Shown one piece after another: positions 1 to 13,700 of a DNA stretch of 64,000 nt. A program made the translations under genes and the position numbers. Position 1 is the first letter of the stretch. Each line of letters starts with the position of its first letter. This stretch comes from Takakia lepidozioides. Taxonomy: Eukaryota > Plantae > Bryophyta. The DNA lies in the NCBI GenBank assembly GCA_030704615.1, contig CM060734.1, positions 16,678,001-16,742,000 on the forward strand. Direction: 5' to 3'. The notes beneath the pieces are model-generated. The model saw only the letters and a program-made list of their open reading frames with translations, had not been told where the DNA came from and did no database searches.

Positions 1-229
1 CACATTGCATAGGAGGCATTTCGCGCCGGTGCCAAAGCTTGTGCCCGATGTGACCAGTTGGTTCCCCCAGCATGAGATAGATGAGATGCGTAGGGTCTCG
101 GGGTATCGTAGGTCTCGTAGGCGTTATGGCCGGTGACGAGCAGGCCACCCCCCCCTCGGCCGGTGTCCTCAGGCGGTCCCCCTGATCCGGTGTCCTCATC
201 TGATGATTCTCCGCGCCGACGTCACTCCC

Positions 230-760
230 GGAACGTCGCAAATTTAGCGACCTACGGGAATTGCTAAATACCCTGGACCCCCCGGCAACGGCCTGCGACG
301 CTGGGAAGACGCCCCTACAGAGCGTTGCAATGTTGCGACTCCTGGGAATTGCAACGAAGGCCGAGGGAGGGGGTTCCATGCCTCCTGCTGCGTTGGGGGG
401 ACGTCGTCCATTTCTAAAAATGGCAACGTGACGGAATCGCCTTCACGTCGCTGCATGGGGCGACGCGAGAACATCACAAATGGAGGTCAGCTGCCTGGGG
501 GTCTGGCGACGCCCGGGAATCGCAAGGCCGTCGTCGCAAGCCTGGGGCGTTAGCGGGTAGTTCGCTTGCGTCAACAAGGAATCGCCGCGCGTCGCAGTCC
601 CTGGGGGGCGCCGCTAGCTCCAGGATGGGGTGATTTGATTGCAACGCCGCTCGGAATCGCTAGGGCATCTTGGACCCCAGGGGGCGTTGCAAGGACGTCG
701 CTGGGGCGGGGGTGGGGTGGTAGCCAACTGGTATTTGCGGTGGGGTTTTGGGGTTTTTTT
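230..760. repeat. Cluster of short GCGACG/CGTCGC direct and inverted repeats, CACTA-type subterminal repeat region
   Basis: Many gcgacg/cgtcgc/ttgcaacg motifs of the same type as those inside the CACTA element at 11637-12762; no terminus identified. Confidence 0.5.
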
Positions 761-767
761 ATCGTTT

Positions 768-816
<49 letters not shown>

Positions 817-959
817 GTTTTCTCGGGTCGGGTTGTGCTTCGTGCTTGCAAGAATTGCATGATTCTAATCTATAGGTCGACCCACCAAATCCACATGTCC
901 ATTAAGGTTAGAATGAGGATCAAAATGGCAACTGAAAAAATTTATACATAAAGCGAGTA

Positions 960-3230
960 CTACCTGTACATGTCTCTAACTGGGAACCATCCCTCACTCC
1001 TCATCACCTGATTCATAGGAGTACTCGTCCGAGGAATGCAAGCTACACACTGGGCCTCCACTTTGGAGGATGATGAGGCCGAGTCCGAGATTACATCATC
1101 CTTCAAACCACCCCCTACTACTGGCTCTCCCGCATCCGGCTGAGCCACTGAACTACCCATCCCCACCCCTATAGATGCACTATCCTCTGTCAATTGTGGC
1201 GCCTTGGCCATTGAGGCTACAAGGGCCTTCCACCCCTGAGTCTTGGCAAAGTCGTGCTCGAGGGAGTAGGGAGGTCTCTCAAACGGTTTTTTCTGCACAT
1301 GACATACAAATGCAATGACAGGTCAGAATTCATGATGGAAGGAGAAGCTCAAAAAGAAGAATGGGTATGACAAGGGAAAGAACACTTACGAATCGGGTGA
1401 CAAAACTCTTGCTTCCGCCGGGGCCCCACTTGTGTGTTGATTCCGCACACTTCTCAAGGCAGGCTGCAGTTGCCGCACGGCCCCTCGCGAAGATCTCTTT
1501 GTTCAGCTCTTCCCTCTCCCCTGCAATGAGAGCCTCCCAAGATTCATGTCCAGCCCCAACAAAGATACCATAAATTTTAATCAACTCCATACCGCAATGA
1601 AGTACATGCATTCAAAGACGCCAATGACAGAATGAAGTGCGTCTTACCTTGGTTATTCTATGTGGCCGCATGGTCGTTAGTTCGCCTTGAGGGCCTTGCA
1701 AATGGTTTGTCGCGCACGGTACCTCTTGTCCTTGAGGTTCTTTCCCACCAGCTCCAAGAGCTTCCCCTCATTCCACTCACCTGGAAAATTGCCCTCAAGT
1801 GCTTGCACGAGTGCTCGCCTATGGCGATGTGATTGGCGTGGCCAATCAAGATGCCAAGGGAACCACCTCGCCGCCAAGTCAAAGGCCTGCTTTTTCATGG
1901 CCTCTCAATACTCACCAATGGGGTCACCGACCTTATTGGTCTCTAAGGGGGGCACCACCATCTTTGGCAAATCAGGGACGCGGGGACCCGAGGTCTTTAC
2001 CTCGTCCACGCTCTTCTCAACAACCTCTCCCTTGTCTTTTGTTGCCCCACTCGTGCCCTCCCCCAGTTGCACCTCTCTCCTTCTACGCCTCTTTTTCTTA
2101 GGCTCCCTCTCGTGGGCCCGTTCTTTCCCCTTCCCCTGCACTACTACCCTCCCCTCCTCCATTACTTCCCTACCCTCCTGGATGGCTAAGGGAATCTTGG
2201 GGGTACGAGGTCTCTTCCTCTTCTTCTTACCATCCCCACGGGCATGCACCGCCACTATCCCTACTTTGTCGGTGGCAAGCCCACTGCCTACCACAATGTA
2301 TGCCACGAATGCGCCAAGCTCCTGAACACAAAACCCACAGAATTAGAAACAAACCAGAAACAAAATGAAAAGCACCGGAAAGAAAACAAGGTGAAGGAAA
2401 GTGGCTCACCTTTGCGTCCATGATGCCAACGTTGCCCTCGGTCCCCGCTGGTGGTGCAGCCCGCATAAGGCCCTCTCGGAATAAGGGTGGAAGCCTGTCC
2501 CATGCACTCAATAGGCTCGCAGGTGGCGCCCCAAAGTCCAGGGTCTTCTTCATTGACCGTTCAGGCGACGGACTTCGCAAGGGGCCCTCCAAAGCTAGTG
2601 TCTCCCTCCTCTTCCCCCTCCCTTTCCCGTGCCCCCCTATTTCCCTCTTCCCTCTTCTTGTCTTCCTCCCTCTTCCTTTCCTCCTCCTTCTACCTCATTG
2701 CGGCCTCCTTTGAAACCTCCCTCTTCTCCCAATGTGATGAGGAACCACCCCCCCTTATAAGCCCTCTTGGCTACAAAACAAGGGGGAAAGGCATTGGTGC
2801 TGGGGGTAAGCTCAAGCTGCCCATACTTGGCGGCAGATCTGAGAATGCGCTTCCCCTCGTAAGTGTCAGGGCCCTCCATCAGCCCGTGGGGTGGCGTTCC
2901 AGCCTGAACATTGGGTGCACCACCCTGAAGTGGAGGCTCATCCTCAGCCTCGACCTTCGAGGGGGTGGAGACCTCGACGGCCTTATGGCACGGTCCTCTC
3001 ATATAGCCGCCTATAGGGCTAGTGAGTTTGGACCAAGCGGACCGTGTCACTGGCCGTCAATGACAAAAGGGTTGTCAGGCCTCTCTACCTTAGCGGCAAG
3101 CGATTCTTGGTCTTTCAACGGCGCCTTCTCTTTCTCCATGGGAGGCGCCTTCTCCTTGTCCTTTGGCGGCCCCTTCCCCTTGTCCTTCGGCAGCCCCTTG
3201 TCCTTCCCCTTGTCCTTCCCCATACTCAGA
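960..3230 (-). pseudogene. Degenerate spliced gene of unknown function, K/E/G-rich, probably TE-associated
   Basis: Successive minus-strand ORF fragments (960-1298, 1658-1882, 1905-2306, 2637-3050) with GT-AG-like junctions near 1645, 2322 and 2406; stops and frameshifts; no recognised domain. Confidence 0.35.
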
Positions 3231-3554
3231 GCTTATCCCTGCGCCCACAACACTACTACCATGTCATTTCATATGCCAAAAACAAACAAGAAACTACTCT
3301 CCCCCTTCCCCTCTCCCCCTCTCCCTCTATCTTTTTCTCCTTCTCCCTCTCCCCCTTTCTGTCTCTGCTGATAAACAAAAAAGAAAAGGAGGGGGGGGGG
3401 CTGAGAGCGTACTTGCTGCTGCTCTCAGCCCTTCCCCACCATTCCAAAAAGAAAAAAGAAAAGGTGGGCGGGGGGGGGGGGGCTGAGGGCAGCCTGCTGC
3501 TGCTCAGTCCCCACCCGCCCCCCCAATGTTTTTTTAATTTCTTTTGCTCCCTCT

Positions 3555-5495
3555 CTCCCTTTCTACCTCTATCTCCCCCTCTCTCTCCCTCTCTCCCTCT
3601 CCCTCTATAACTTTTTGGATTTCATTTGGCCCTGATATTTACCATTTGCTTCTTTCATCTAAACTGGATGAAATACATGAATAATGGTGACCTATTCTAA
3701 AAATCCAAGAGGTAGTAATTTGTACCATCATAAATGATGGCAGTTACTAAACCTAAGCCTATACCATAACCCTAAGATACCTTTTTATGGGATATCATCC
3801 ATTAACGAAATGCATCTCTTTAAAATGTGATTTTTCATCCACCCTGGATGAGAAATCGGGAAGTTGTGCCCTAAACGGGCCGACATATTTCACAGCACAG
3901 AACTCGTGCTTCAATGATCCTTGATGATGCGCCGTGTAAACCTGCTCCCTTGCGGCTACATGGTACTCGTGATGGCTGGCTTTTGGGATGCGCATTGGCA
4001 AATAGACAGATTCCTCTCTGGCAGTCGACAATGCAGTGATCGCTCTGCTCAGAAATTTATGATTCTGTTAAATTCGTAGCGGCGCTCTTACTCCTCGTTG
4101 GGAAGTACTCCACCCCTACTTAGCCACAGATTACATGTTGCTCTCTTTCTGTATGAGCTACTCTCTATCTGTGAACACTTCTACTTTGATTGCGTTCTGC
4201 TGGAGACATCTATTGGACGCCATGGCGCAGGGCATACCACAAACACTCAAGGTTTTTTTTGAGTGTACCCTTGCTTGGATTATGATTTGTACATGCTTTA
4301 GAATTCAACACTGACATGGATAGCAACTGTGAAAACCTGCCACTCACCTGATGCATCCTCACTAACACACATCTCTATGTGGTGGTTTTTGGGACGGGCA
4401 CAGGTGAGGGTCTTCACTTGTCTTGAATTATTGAAGCTTGCAGAGTCTGATTCATGCATAAGGGATTGCTGCTACCGCCTGAAGGTGCTGATACCAACTG
4501 TTGTTTCAAATATGCCATCTTGCTGCCTCAAATCGGCTTCAAGTCTGCTCTAATGAGGATCACCTTCTTACTCCTTATCCCTGTTTTTGGTTCTTGATAA
4601 CCACTTCTATATGTTTTGGAGTTAAGACACACAAGGGACTTCATAGAAAACAAAATCTCTATTGAAGGCTCTGGCTGTTTTCAACAAAAGTACATGGCTG
4701 CGGCTATAGCTCTGGCAGCATGGAAACTAAGCTCTGAAATGAAACACCATGGCCTGGCTCTGATGGATCAGAAGATAGACCTTGTGATAACAAACATTCT
4801 TCAAGGCTCTTATATCACCACTATTTCATTGCATGATAGGGGACAATGGTTTCTGAGTTCATTTCTTTAACTAGCAAAGTTTGTTATGAGGCCCTGGAAT
4901 ACCACTCCAGGCCCATATCTACTTGAGGGTACTCAGCCCTATGGTTTGTGTTGTTAGAAGTCTGGCTTATGACTTGGCACTGAAGCACCTTCAGACCTGG
5001 CCCCATCAGTATTTTGGTTTTCAAGAACTGCTTGCTGGTAGATGTTGTGCGCTTCCTACCTTATACTATGGCAGAGTTTTGATCTTGAAGTCCTAGAATA
5101 ACTATCCAGGCTTACATATGCCTGAAAAAACTCAGCCCCGTTTCTACTTTATGAATCTTGCATGTGTCTTGGCACTGACAGATCAGTTTCACGCCTACAC
5201 AGGATGCTGTTTTAGGAAGATGAATGGCTCAAGAACTAGATTATGTAAGGCTTGACCCGTGTCAACAACAAAAAATGAATGCTTTATGTCAACTTATGGT
5301 GCTTTCAGGATATGAATGACCAGGAATCCCGCCCTCCCACCCTGTTTTTTCAGATACCCTGAAAAGTTATAAGATGTTCAAATGAGTTGGTAAAAGGGGT
5401 TGTTAGATGATGTCCTGTAAAGGGTTGCTTTGTCTTTCAATGACAATGACCTTAGTGGTCTTGTCCATGTCTTGACATGACATGTATATCTTCTC
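3555..5495 (+). mobile_element. PLE non-coding region (pLTR-like), diverged copy A
   Basis: Colinear with 7373-9110 and with the reverse complement of 61270-63018: (CTCTCC)n tract, TTCATCC..GGATGAA palindromes, CCTCACTAAC hairpin and GGTCTTGTCCATGTCTTGACATG motif. Confidence 0.75.
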
Positions 5496-5499
5496 TCAC

Positions 5500-7360
5500 T
5501 TCTTATATGGATAAGTTACACCTATATATGTATATGGTTTCTTGACGATACGGATGATAATCATACCGGTTTCATCCCTTTTTTTGCCTGAGGTGCTATG
5601 GTTTTGTGGCATGCTGATGGGATTTCATCCCGTTTTCATCCTGTTATGACAAATGGCCTCCTGGAATGGCCATTGCTGTGATAAACCTGGTTCTTTTAAT
5701 CCTAGTATTCTTAACAGCTTTCATTGACTGACAAACTGTCAGCTTTGGAATGAATGAATTACCTGGATGAATGTCGCAGCCTGACACTAAATCGTCAATG
5801 CAAACCCTATTTCCTCCTTTGCGCATTGACATCTCCTGCGCGATGGGCATGGTAAAGCCAGGGGGCTTAGGCAAGTGGTTACGATAACCACTTGCTTGGC
5901 TTTTTAAAGGATTCTATGAATGATCCCTCATGGTTCAATTATGAACGCCAGCGCTTCTTACGACATCCAGGATGGTTATCATCTTTGCTGAAGTGATTGC
6001 TGATGAGGGAATTCATGCGGCAGTTATGAATGACAGGCTGCTTTGGTGTTTCTGTGAATCCTTCCCCCTGAAGAATTATGAACGGCGGCACTCCTTATGA
6101 AGACAGGAAGGCACCCTTCCTCTTTATAATGTATGCTTTGCTTGCACTGGCTCAATGTTTTTTGCTCAGTCTCATTTTACTAAGACTTGGAGCTGTTGGA
6201 GCTGCTCATTGTCTTTGTTCAAATCTGCTTTCAAGGACGTCGTGCTGTTTGGTGCAAGGGCTTGCTGCTGTGTCTTGCTCAGTTTATTTGCAGGCTGGGG
6301 AGCTATGGCTAGGATCCCCCAGTTCGTTCAAAGGTTTTTGAGATCTGGTTTGCTACCGGCCTAGGAATTATGACATCTTGTTTTGCTTGAATTCTGATTG
6401 TTGGACATCGATAGCAAGTATGACTACCTGCCACTCACCTCGTGCATCCTCACTAACACACAATATTCTTGTGGTGGTTTTTGGGACGGGCACAGGTGAA
6501 GGTGGTCATTTGACATGATGATTTTCTAAGCATACAGGATTCCGTGGTTTCTTCAAGGGTACAAGGGCTGCTGCCTGACCGACTCGTTCATCAGGGATTA
6601 TGGTACTCTCTCTGGTTTTCACAAACTACAAAGCTTCATCTGGTTTTTTGTCACTCAAGGACAGTAATGATCTTTGTTTCTTAGTTTATGACAGTCAAGT
6701 TCCAAACTTATGACTTCATTTGCTGGTCACTATTCTGACCTGCATATGTTTTTTTCAGAACCACAAGGGGTACTTGTGTGTTTTTCACAAACCCCTAGCA
6801 TCTACATGACAATCAGGCCCTATGGAATTTTTCAACTGTTCTGTTTATGATACCCTGCAGAACTAATTGTGAAATCTCTTTATCATACCATAACATTTGT
6901 ACTGCTCTAAACAGATTTTTGACATGCTGATAATATCCATCAGACATGTACACTAGGCTTTGCAGAGTCACATGTGATACATGCTTGGATTTTCAGCCAC
7001 CTTTAAACATCTGCATGGCTTTTTGATACAAAGGCTACCTGGAAAACAGCATCTGTACTTTATGCTTAATAATAATTTTCCAGAGCTGTATCTAAAACAG
7101 TATGGAATATCACTTGCCTTTTTGTATCTGCAAACTAATTGGGGTACAAAGGCTCTTTGATAAAGAGCTTGTATGTGCTGGAATGTACCCATTTGGAACA
7201 CTATAACAACCTGATAAACGGCATCTCCACAAGATGCATAACAATTATCAGGGATATGCTAAGTAAACAGCATGATGTCTCTTTGGCCTTTTATCTCTGG
7301 ACAATCAGGATACATTGGCAGTATGGTAAAGGATATTTTGCATTCTGGAAGGGCCATGAC
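5500..7360 (+). mobile_element. More diverged related unit between copies A and B
   Basis: Contains the conserved CCTCACTAAC...GTGGTTTTTGGGACGGGC hairpin at 6420-6509; the rest is only weakly similar. Confidence 0.45.
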
Positions 7361-7372
7361 TGAGCAGCAGCA

Positions 7373-9200
7373 CTCTCCCTCCCTCCCTCTCTCCCTCTCC
7401 CTCTATAAATCTTTGGATTTCATCTGGCCTTAACCTTTTGAGGTTATTTAGTTTTTCATCCCTGCCTTTTTCATCCAAATCTGGATGATTTTATTTTATT
7501 GGATGATGAAACTTAATATACAGAAAGCTAGAGTTACCATCTATTTTTTTCATCTAAACTGGATGATCTACATAAATAATGGTTACCTATTATAAAATCC
7601 AAGAGAATAATAAAACTACCATCATAAATGATGGCAGTTATTAAACCTAAACCTATACCATAACCCCAAAAGATACATTTCTATGGGATGTTATCCAGTG
7701 CCAAAATGCCTATCTTGGTAAAATGTGATATTTCATCCATCCTGGATGAAAAATCGGGAAGTTTTGCCCTAAGCAGGCCGACACACTTCAAGCACTGAAC
7801 TCGTGCTTCAGTGAACCTTGATGATGCGCCGTATAAACCTGCTCCCCTACTGCTACATGGTACTCGTGATTGCTGGCTCTTGGGATGCGCAGTGGTGGTT
7901 AAACAAATTCTTCTATGGCAGACGACAAAGCCGTGATTGCTCTGATCAGGAACTCATGGTTCTTTATTTTGCAGCGGCGCTTTTACTCCTTGTTGGGAAG
8001 TACTCTATCCCTATTTATCTACATATTACTTGTTGCTCTCTCTTCGTGTATGAGCCACTCTCTAGCTGTGAACGCTTCTACTCTGATTGCGTTCTGTTGG
8101 AGACAATCTGTTGGACGCCATGGCGCAGGGCATACCACAAACACTCAAGGTTTTTTGAGTTTACCATTGCTTGAATTGTGATCTGTACTTGCTTTAGAAT
8201 TCAACACTGACATGGATAGCAACTGTGAAGACCTGCCACTTACCTGCTGCATCCTCACTAACACACATCGCTATGTGGTGGTTTTTGGGACGGGCACAGG
8301 TGAGGGTCTTCACTTGTCTTGATTTCTTGAAGCTTGCAGTTCCTGGTCTTGCAAGTGTGGATACTGCTGCTGCCTAAGCTGCTGATGCCATCTGCTGTTT
8401 CAAACTGCCACCATGCCGCTTCAGACCTGCTCCAAGATTGCTCCAATGAGGATCTGCTTCTCTCTTTACCCCTGTTTACGGTTTTTTACAACCACATTTG
8501 CATGTGTAGGAGTTTAGCTATGAAGGATACAAGGATACAAAATAGCAGTTATTACTTTGACTGCCTTGATACTTGGCTCTGAAATGAGAACTCTTGATAT
8601 GACTCTGATGGATCAAAAGGATAGGCTTTGATAGATAACACACATTCTTCAAGGCCCTCATATCATTTTGGTTTCATGGCTTGATAACAAACTGGGGTTT
8701 CTGAGCTGCTCTTTCACCTTGGCAGAACTACTTTATGTGGCCTTAAAATACCATTCTGGGCTCTACACTGTTGTTTCTTCTTCCTTTTTAAGAATCTTGC
8801 TTATATCTTGGTTCTAAAACATCATCTTCAAACCAAACCTGCAATCTGGTTTTTGAAATGAGTTTAAAATGGATTCTTGAGATGATGATGTGTACTATGG
8901 TGCTTTCATGATATGAATGACCTGGAATCCCACCCTCCCGCCCTGTTTTTTCAGAGACCCTGAAATGTAATTGGGTATTCAAATGAGATTGTAAACATGA
9001 AAGAGAATGTTAGATGGTGCCCTGTAAAGGGCTATTTTGTCTTTCAATGACAATGACCTTAGCGGTCTTGTCCATGTCTTGACATGATATGTATATCTTC
9101 CCTCTCTTTATTTGATCAGTGTACTTAGTGGTTTTTGTACACACCATCTACCCTTACCTTTCTCCTTTTCACCTTCTCATTTTGTTATATTGACAAATGT
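7373..9200 (+). mobile_element. PLE non-coding region (pLTR-like), copy B
   Basis: 7373-9110 is a near-identical reverse complement of 61270-63018 (identical 88-aa spurious ORFs 7915-8181 and 62215-62481), which lies 3' of the PLE RT; 9064-9200 is also similar to 17127-17010. Confidence 0.85.
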
Positions 9201-9402
9201 TCTCGGGGGGCTTTGACAGAAAGTCACCAAAGGAGGTCCTAGCTGGAATGAGGACCTCATAGCCCTGGGGTATTAGTCCCCACTACCTCCTCCAATTCCT
9301 GCTGTGCAGGCAAGCCTCGCACAAGTCACACCAAGCGACTTCCATGCTGCATTGCAAAAGATGGATACTGAGGCCGTGGAAAATTCAGGTGATTAAAACC
9401 CC

Positions 9403-10758
9403 GTGTTATTACTTGAAACCTTGGCTTGGGAAAATTGGGTTGCACTTGGCATCATGGCAAATAAGAATGGCAGGTACCTGGAGAAGCTCCAGGAATTCAA
9501 TACTAAAATGATTGAGGTACTGGAAGATGATGCCGAGGAGCTGATACAATGGGAAAAGAAGGGATCATCCATTGAGGCAGCTCTTAGAATGGCGAACCCA
9601 GAAGATGACCAGACTGTCTCCACGCAGAAATCTACAAACACATCTGAAAAAGACTTCATCCCTTCTGTAAGTAATCACCCAATCCTTGGGCACATGATTT
9701 TACCGGATGATGAAAAAGAGGCAGTGAGAGAATTCTGTGAACAAGTAGAAATCTCACAAGTGGAACAAGAAAGGGCAGCAGGTGCCACTCCTGGAAATCT
9801 GCAATTTGTCCCTTGGTTGCCTCCCCGTGCAGTTGAATTAGAGGTTGCCAATAACGATCACATGATGTGGCACCCACATGCTAATATCAATTTATTGGCA
9901 CCCATTTCTATTGAAATGTGGGTCAAATGGGGCAACATTACTCCTGCTGAACGCAGTAGGTGTGCACAGGATGCTAAGGAGGGTTTTCAGAGAATAAAAA
10001 AGGAACCTATTGCTGTGGCATGGCCACTAAGGACCTTCTACTACAAGCTCTGTGACAAAGGTGAGAACCTTACCCTGAGGACCAAAAATGACTTGCCGAC
10101 TGGTTCGGCTAGATCCAAAAATCACAAGAGTCAACTCTTCAACTGGCATCGTCCCTACATAAGATGTAACTGTGGACAAGGAGGGGCACCCTCTTCTTGC
10201 ATTGGGAGTGTTGCTTGGTTTGACCATATGGTATGGTATATGCTGAACAATCTGATTGTGTTCTTCCCTGATGATGCCTATCCTTCGGTGCAAACCAAGT
10301 ATTACAGCTTTCTGGTATGGATCATGCGGGCTGCCAGATCTGCCGTTCTTGCACAAATTACCTTCCAGATGACCCGGGGCTTCATAATGGAAGCAGCTTG
10401 TGAATTCTCAATTGACCCCCAAGCCAAGTTGCTTGGGAAGTTAGGAGAATCCAAGGGGGCCAGATACATTGAGAAACTTGTGAAACCTGGGTCTTTTTCA
10501 GACAGCCTTCCCAGGCCACAATTCAACAGCTACAAACGACAGCGTATGGAGGGGCAGACGCCTCCTCAACAAGGCAAGAACAATGCCACTCGAGGCAGAG
10601 GTACCCCTGGTCGTGGAAGAGGTCTCTACCAAAGAGGAGGACGCTCTGGCAGGGGGCAATACTCTACCAACACCTCTGAGAATTCAAGAGCAACGAATCG
10701 GTCATCACTTGGGGGTTCGGGTCTTTGTGTGTTGTTGTTGGAGCAGATAAATGTATGA
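9403..10758 (+). CDS. Uncharacterised ~450-aa ORF with acidic helical N-terminus and RG/RGG-rich C-terminus; candidate ORF1 of the PLE
   Basis: Long open frame starting just after PLE copy B; RGRGTPGRGRG..RGGRSGRG tail; last ~15 codons probably run into the adjacent LINE remnant. Confidence 0.55.
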   Translation: MLLLETLAWENWVALGIMANKNGRYLEKLQEFNTKMIEVLEDDAEELIQWEKKGSSIEAALRMANPEDDQTVSTQKSTNTSEKDFIPSVSNHPILGHMILPDDEKEAVREFCEQVEISQVEQERAAGATPGNLQFVPWLPPRAVELEVANNDHMMWHPHANINLLAPISIEMWVKWGNITPAERSRCAQDAKEGFQRIKKEPIAVAWPLRTFYYKLCDKGENLTLRTKNDLPTGSARSKNHKSQLFNWHRPYIRCNCGQGGAPSSCIGSVAWFDHMVWYMLNNLIVFFPDDAYPSVQTKYYSFLVWIMRAARSAVLAQITFQMTRGFIMEAACEFSIDPQAKLLGKLGESKGARYIEKLVKPGSFSDSLPRPQFNSYKRQRMEGQTPPQQGKNNATRGRGTPGRGRGLYQRGGRSGRGQYSTNTSENSRATNRSSLGGSGLCVLLLEQINV

Positions 10759-13700
10759 GGATGGAGGTGGCGTGCTGAGGGTGCTTGGGATGAGCCACCA
10801 GGGAGGAGTATGCAGTTAGCAGCATATAGGTGATATGGGAGGGGTGATGGCGGGAGACATTCAAATCGTAGGGGATAGTATAGCCTTGAAGTGAGGCATA
10901 TCTGGCCATATGTAGCGTCAGGTACAATAAACATTGGTCAGACCAGGAGCTGTGTAATGTTATGATACTTGAAGGACCTGGGGCCCCCACCGTGTTGTAT
11001 ATCATTAAGTGTGTGGTAATATGAGCTGGGATTTACTGGCATGAAGTTGTATCCCTTGTGTAGTGATTTTGATGCGGGGGGGAGGTATGCTAGAGTAGGT
11101 GTTTGGGAGGGGGTAGTGTTTTGCCTGCAAGTGAAGAGTGGGAGTAGGTGTAGATGAGAAGTTAGAAGGGAGGTAGACCATCTGCAGGTTCCATGGAAAT
11201 TTCGGGGTGTACTTGTGAAAGTATTTGCTGGGGATGACCCAGTGGTGTTGGTGGGGAAAGATATATAATGGTGGAGAGGGCACGGGTTGTTGCTCTACCT
11301 GGTGTACAGAGAGTTTTGGTCGCATCTCACTTGCAAGTTTGAATCCGCTGTCTTTAGACTATACACCAGGAGATACAACAATTTGCATTATGCACACAGG
11401 GGGTAGGACATATGCTAAAGCGTGGATTCTGTGTCATGACCGTAACACTTGGGGCAGATGCACGATATCATAAGTCATGCCCGATCAATCCATTTCGGAC
11501 GACGAATCTGAGCTCCGTAATCAACCGATAGAGCACACACTAGAGGACGTGGACCCCGAGTTGGCAGCACTGCATAGGCTTCTAGAACCCGGGGACATCT
11601 TTGTAGATCTTAGGCCAACTGACAACATTAGATATACTCTACACCGTGGAGGGGGGGGTTTAGCGATGCCCGGCGTCGCTATTCGCCTATTTTCGGGCCC
11701 GCGAAAATCGTGAATCTGCGGCACCGGAGGCGTTGCAGATGTGTCGCTATGAGAACGTCATAGATGTAGGGCTTAAGGCGACGCCGGGGGGGGGGGGGGG
11801 GGTCGCAGATTTGCAGATGCGTCGTTATGAGAACGTCCCAGATGCAAGACTTAAGGCGATGCCCGGGGGGTCGCAGATCCAACCCCCCTGAAAAATCCCC
11901 ACTAACGACGCCCCAAGCGTCGCAATGACTGCGACGCCCGGGGCGTCGCTATAGCCACACAGGAGGGAGAAAAAATAAAATAAAATAAAATAAATCGTTT
12001 TTTTAAAGCGACGCCTTGGGGGTCGCTTATTGAGGTTTTTTTTAATTTTGAATTTTGAAAAATGATGGGATCCACACGGTTCAAAAAATGGCGGACACAC
12101 ACTTGCCACGTAGTGTCAAACCTAACCCATAAGCATGTGTTTGCAAGTAGCCGACGTTCCTAAATCATTCAACGTGTTGTTAGGCAAATTTGAACTCAAG
12201 CCCTCTAAATTATACACATAGTAAGACACTTCATACTAATCAACATATCAGTTACAAAACTTACACACAAACTCATGATTTAATTGGACATAAGGTAGTT
12301 CATGCATACATCGGTTGCTCGTCGGGACCTCAAAGCGATACTCCTCGCGTCGCTCAAATGTAAGCGACGTCTTTGGCGTCGCTTTTCCTGTACCCTCTAC
12401 TGCAAAAACCAAAAAATGATTTGCGACGTCTCAGCCGTCGCTAAAAATGACTTACCAAAAAAAAAACTCAAAAGCCACGCCCAGGGCGTCATTAAAAAAA
12501 CGACGTTGTTTTTTTTTTTTTTTTTTTTTTTTTTTTCTTCGGAGTGCTTGAAGGCGTCGCAACCTCCCAACCAACATTCGGAAGATCGCACCGGGGGCTG
12601 ACTCCCAGTGCGTCGCGATTTTATGGATTTGGCATTATGTCTACGACGCCAGGAATGTCGCATGGGGGCTTGCGACGCAAGATGGGGGCGCTGCGGGGGT
12701 GTCGCACAGGAGAGGCGCCACTGGGGGACAGGTATCGCTAAACCCCCCTAAACTTAGTAGTGATAGTTTATGGACTACATGAAACATAGTTGAATTCATG
12801 GAAGGGGACGTACTTATACGTGTAGAACACCAAGTTTACAAGTCTAGGATGCTAGTATGGGAGATGATCGAAACAATTGGTAGAGATAGAGAATGGATGG
12901 TGTCCAAGCGTGAAATCTTATCTTACAAGAACACTTTGAGAGATATCGTCAGGCACTGACGGAGCTGGTGAAACATGCCAGGTTTGGATCAGGCAGTAGT
13001 TCCTGACCATCCAGATATAGGAGACGTACTAATTTCATATAGTGTTGATTTATCACCATATACTAACCCGAGGCCAGCATTCTCATTTCTTGTATTGTAT
13101 ATGCAAGTATGATCTCAGCTTTGATCCAGGTAGCATCTGGGGCTAGTATCGGAGAGTATGGGGGAACTTTTGAGGATAAAGTTTGAGGAGGCTAGATGAA
13201 AATGTTTTTGGAATGCGTTGATGTTACGTTTGGGTATGGATGAGAGAATCCTGGGCTGAGGGGGTGGGGTATGCACATCCGGGATGGGCCGGAATGGTAT
13301 AAGGGATGGGGGGAGGGAGAGTGAGATCGGGTAGTGGTCTCAGTTGCATAAGCTATTGATGTGAACGTGATTGAGAAGGTAGGACGGGATTTCATTACAG
13401 GTTTTGAGGTAGAAACCATCAAGCAGGCTTAATGACGAGTAGTTAAGACCCCCTTGTCTAGAGTAGTGATAATCCGCGGGAATGTATTTGAGATGCAAGA
13501 GCTGGGTGAATTTAGCCTAGTCATGGTCTATGTTAGATGGGGGTTTATGGGTTCCGTTGAAAGAGTGTCCTAGCAGCGCAATGTCCCCGTTGAAGTCGCC
13601 AGCCAATATGATATGGTGGTGTTAGGTATTTGGGTGGGTGACTGTTGCGAGATAGTGCTAAGTATGTCGGGTATAAGGGGGGAGGTCGTTGGTATGTGAG

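Noticed and set aside
768-815. Poly-G run and the Gly-rich ORFs across it (also poly-C near 20270)
   Set aside because: Homopolymer of unreliable length; ORFs are compositional artefacts
7640-7670. Telomere-like taaacctaaacctataccataacccc in PLE copies
   Set aside because: Too short and degenerate, and not at an element end
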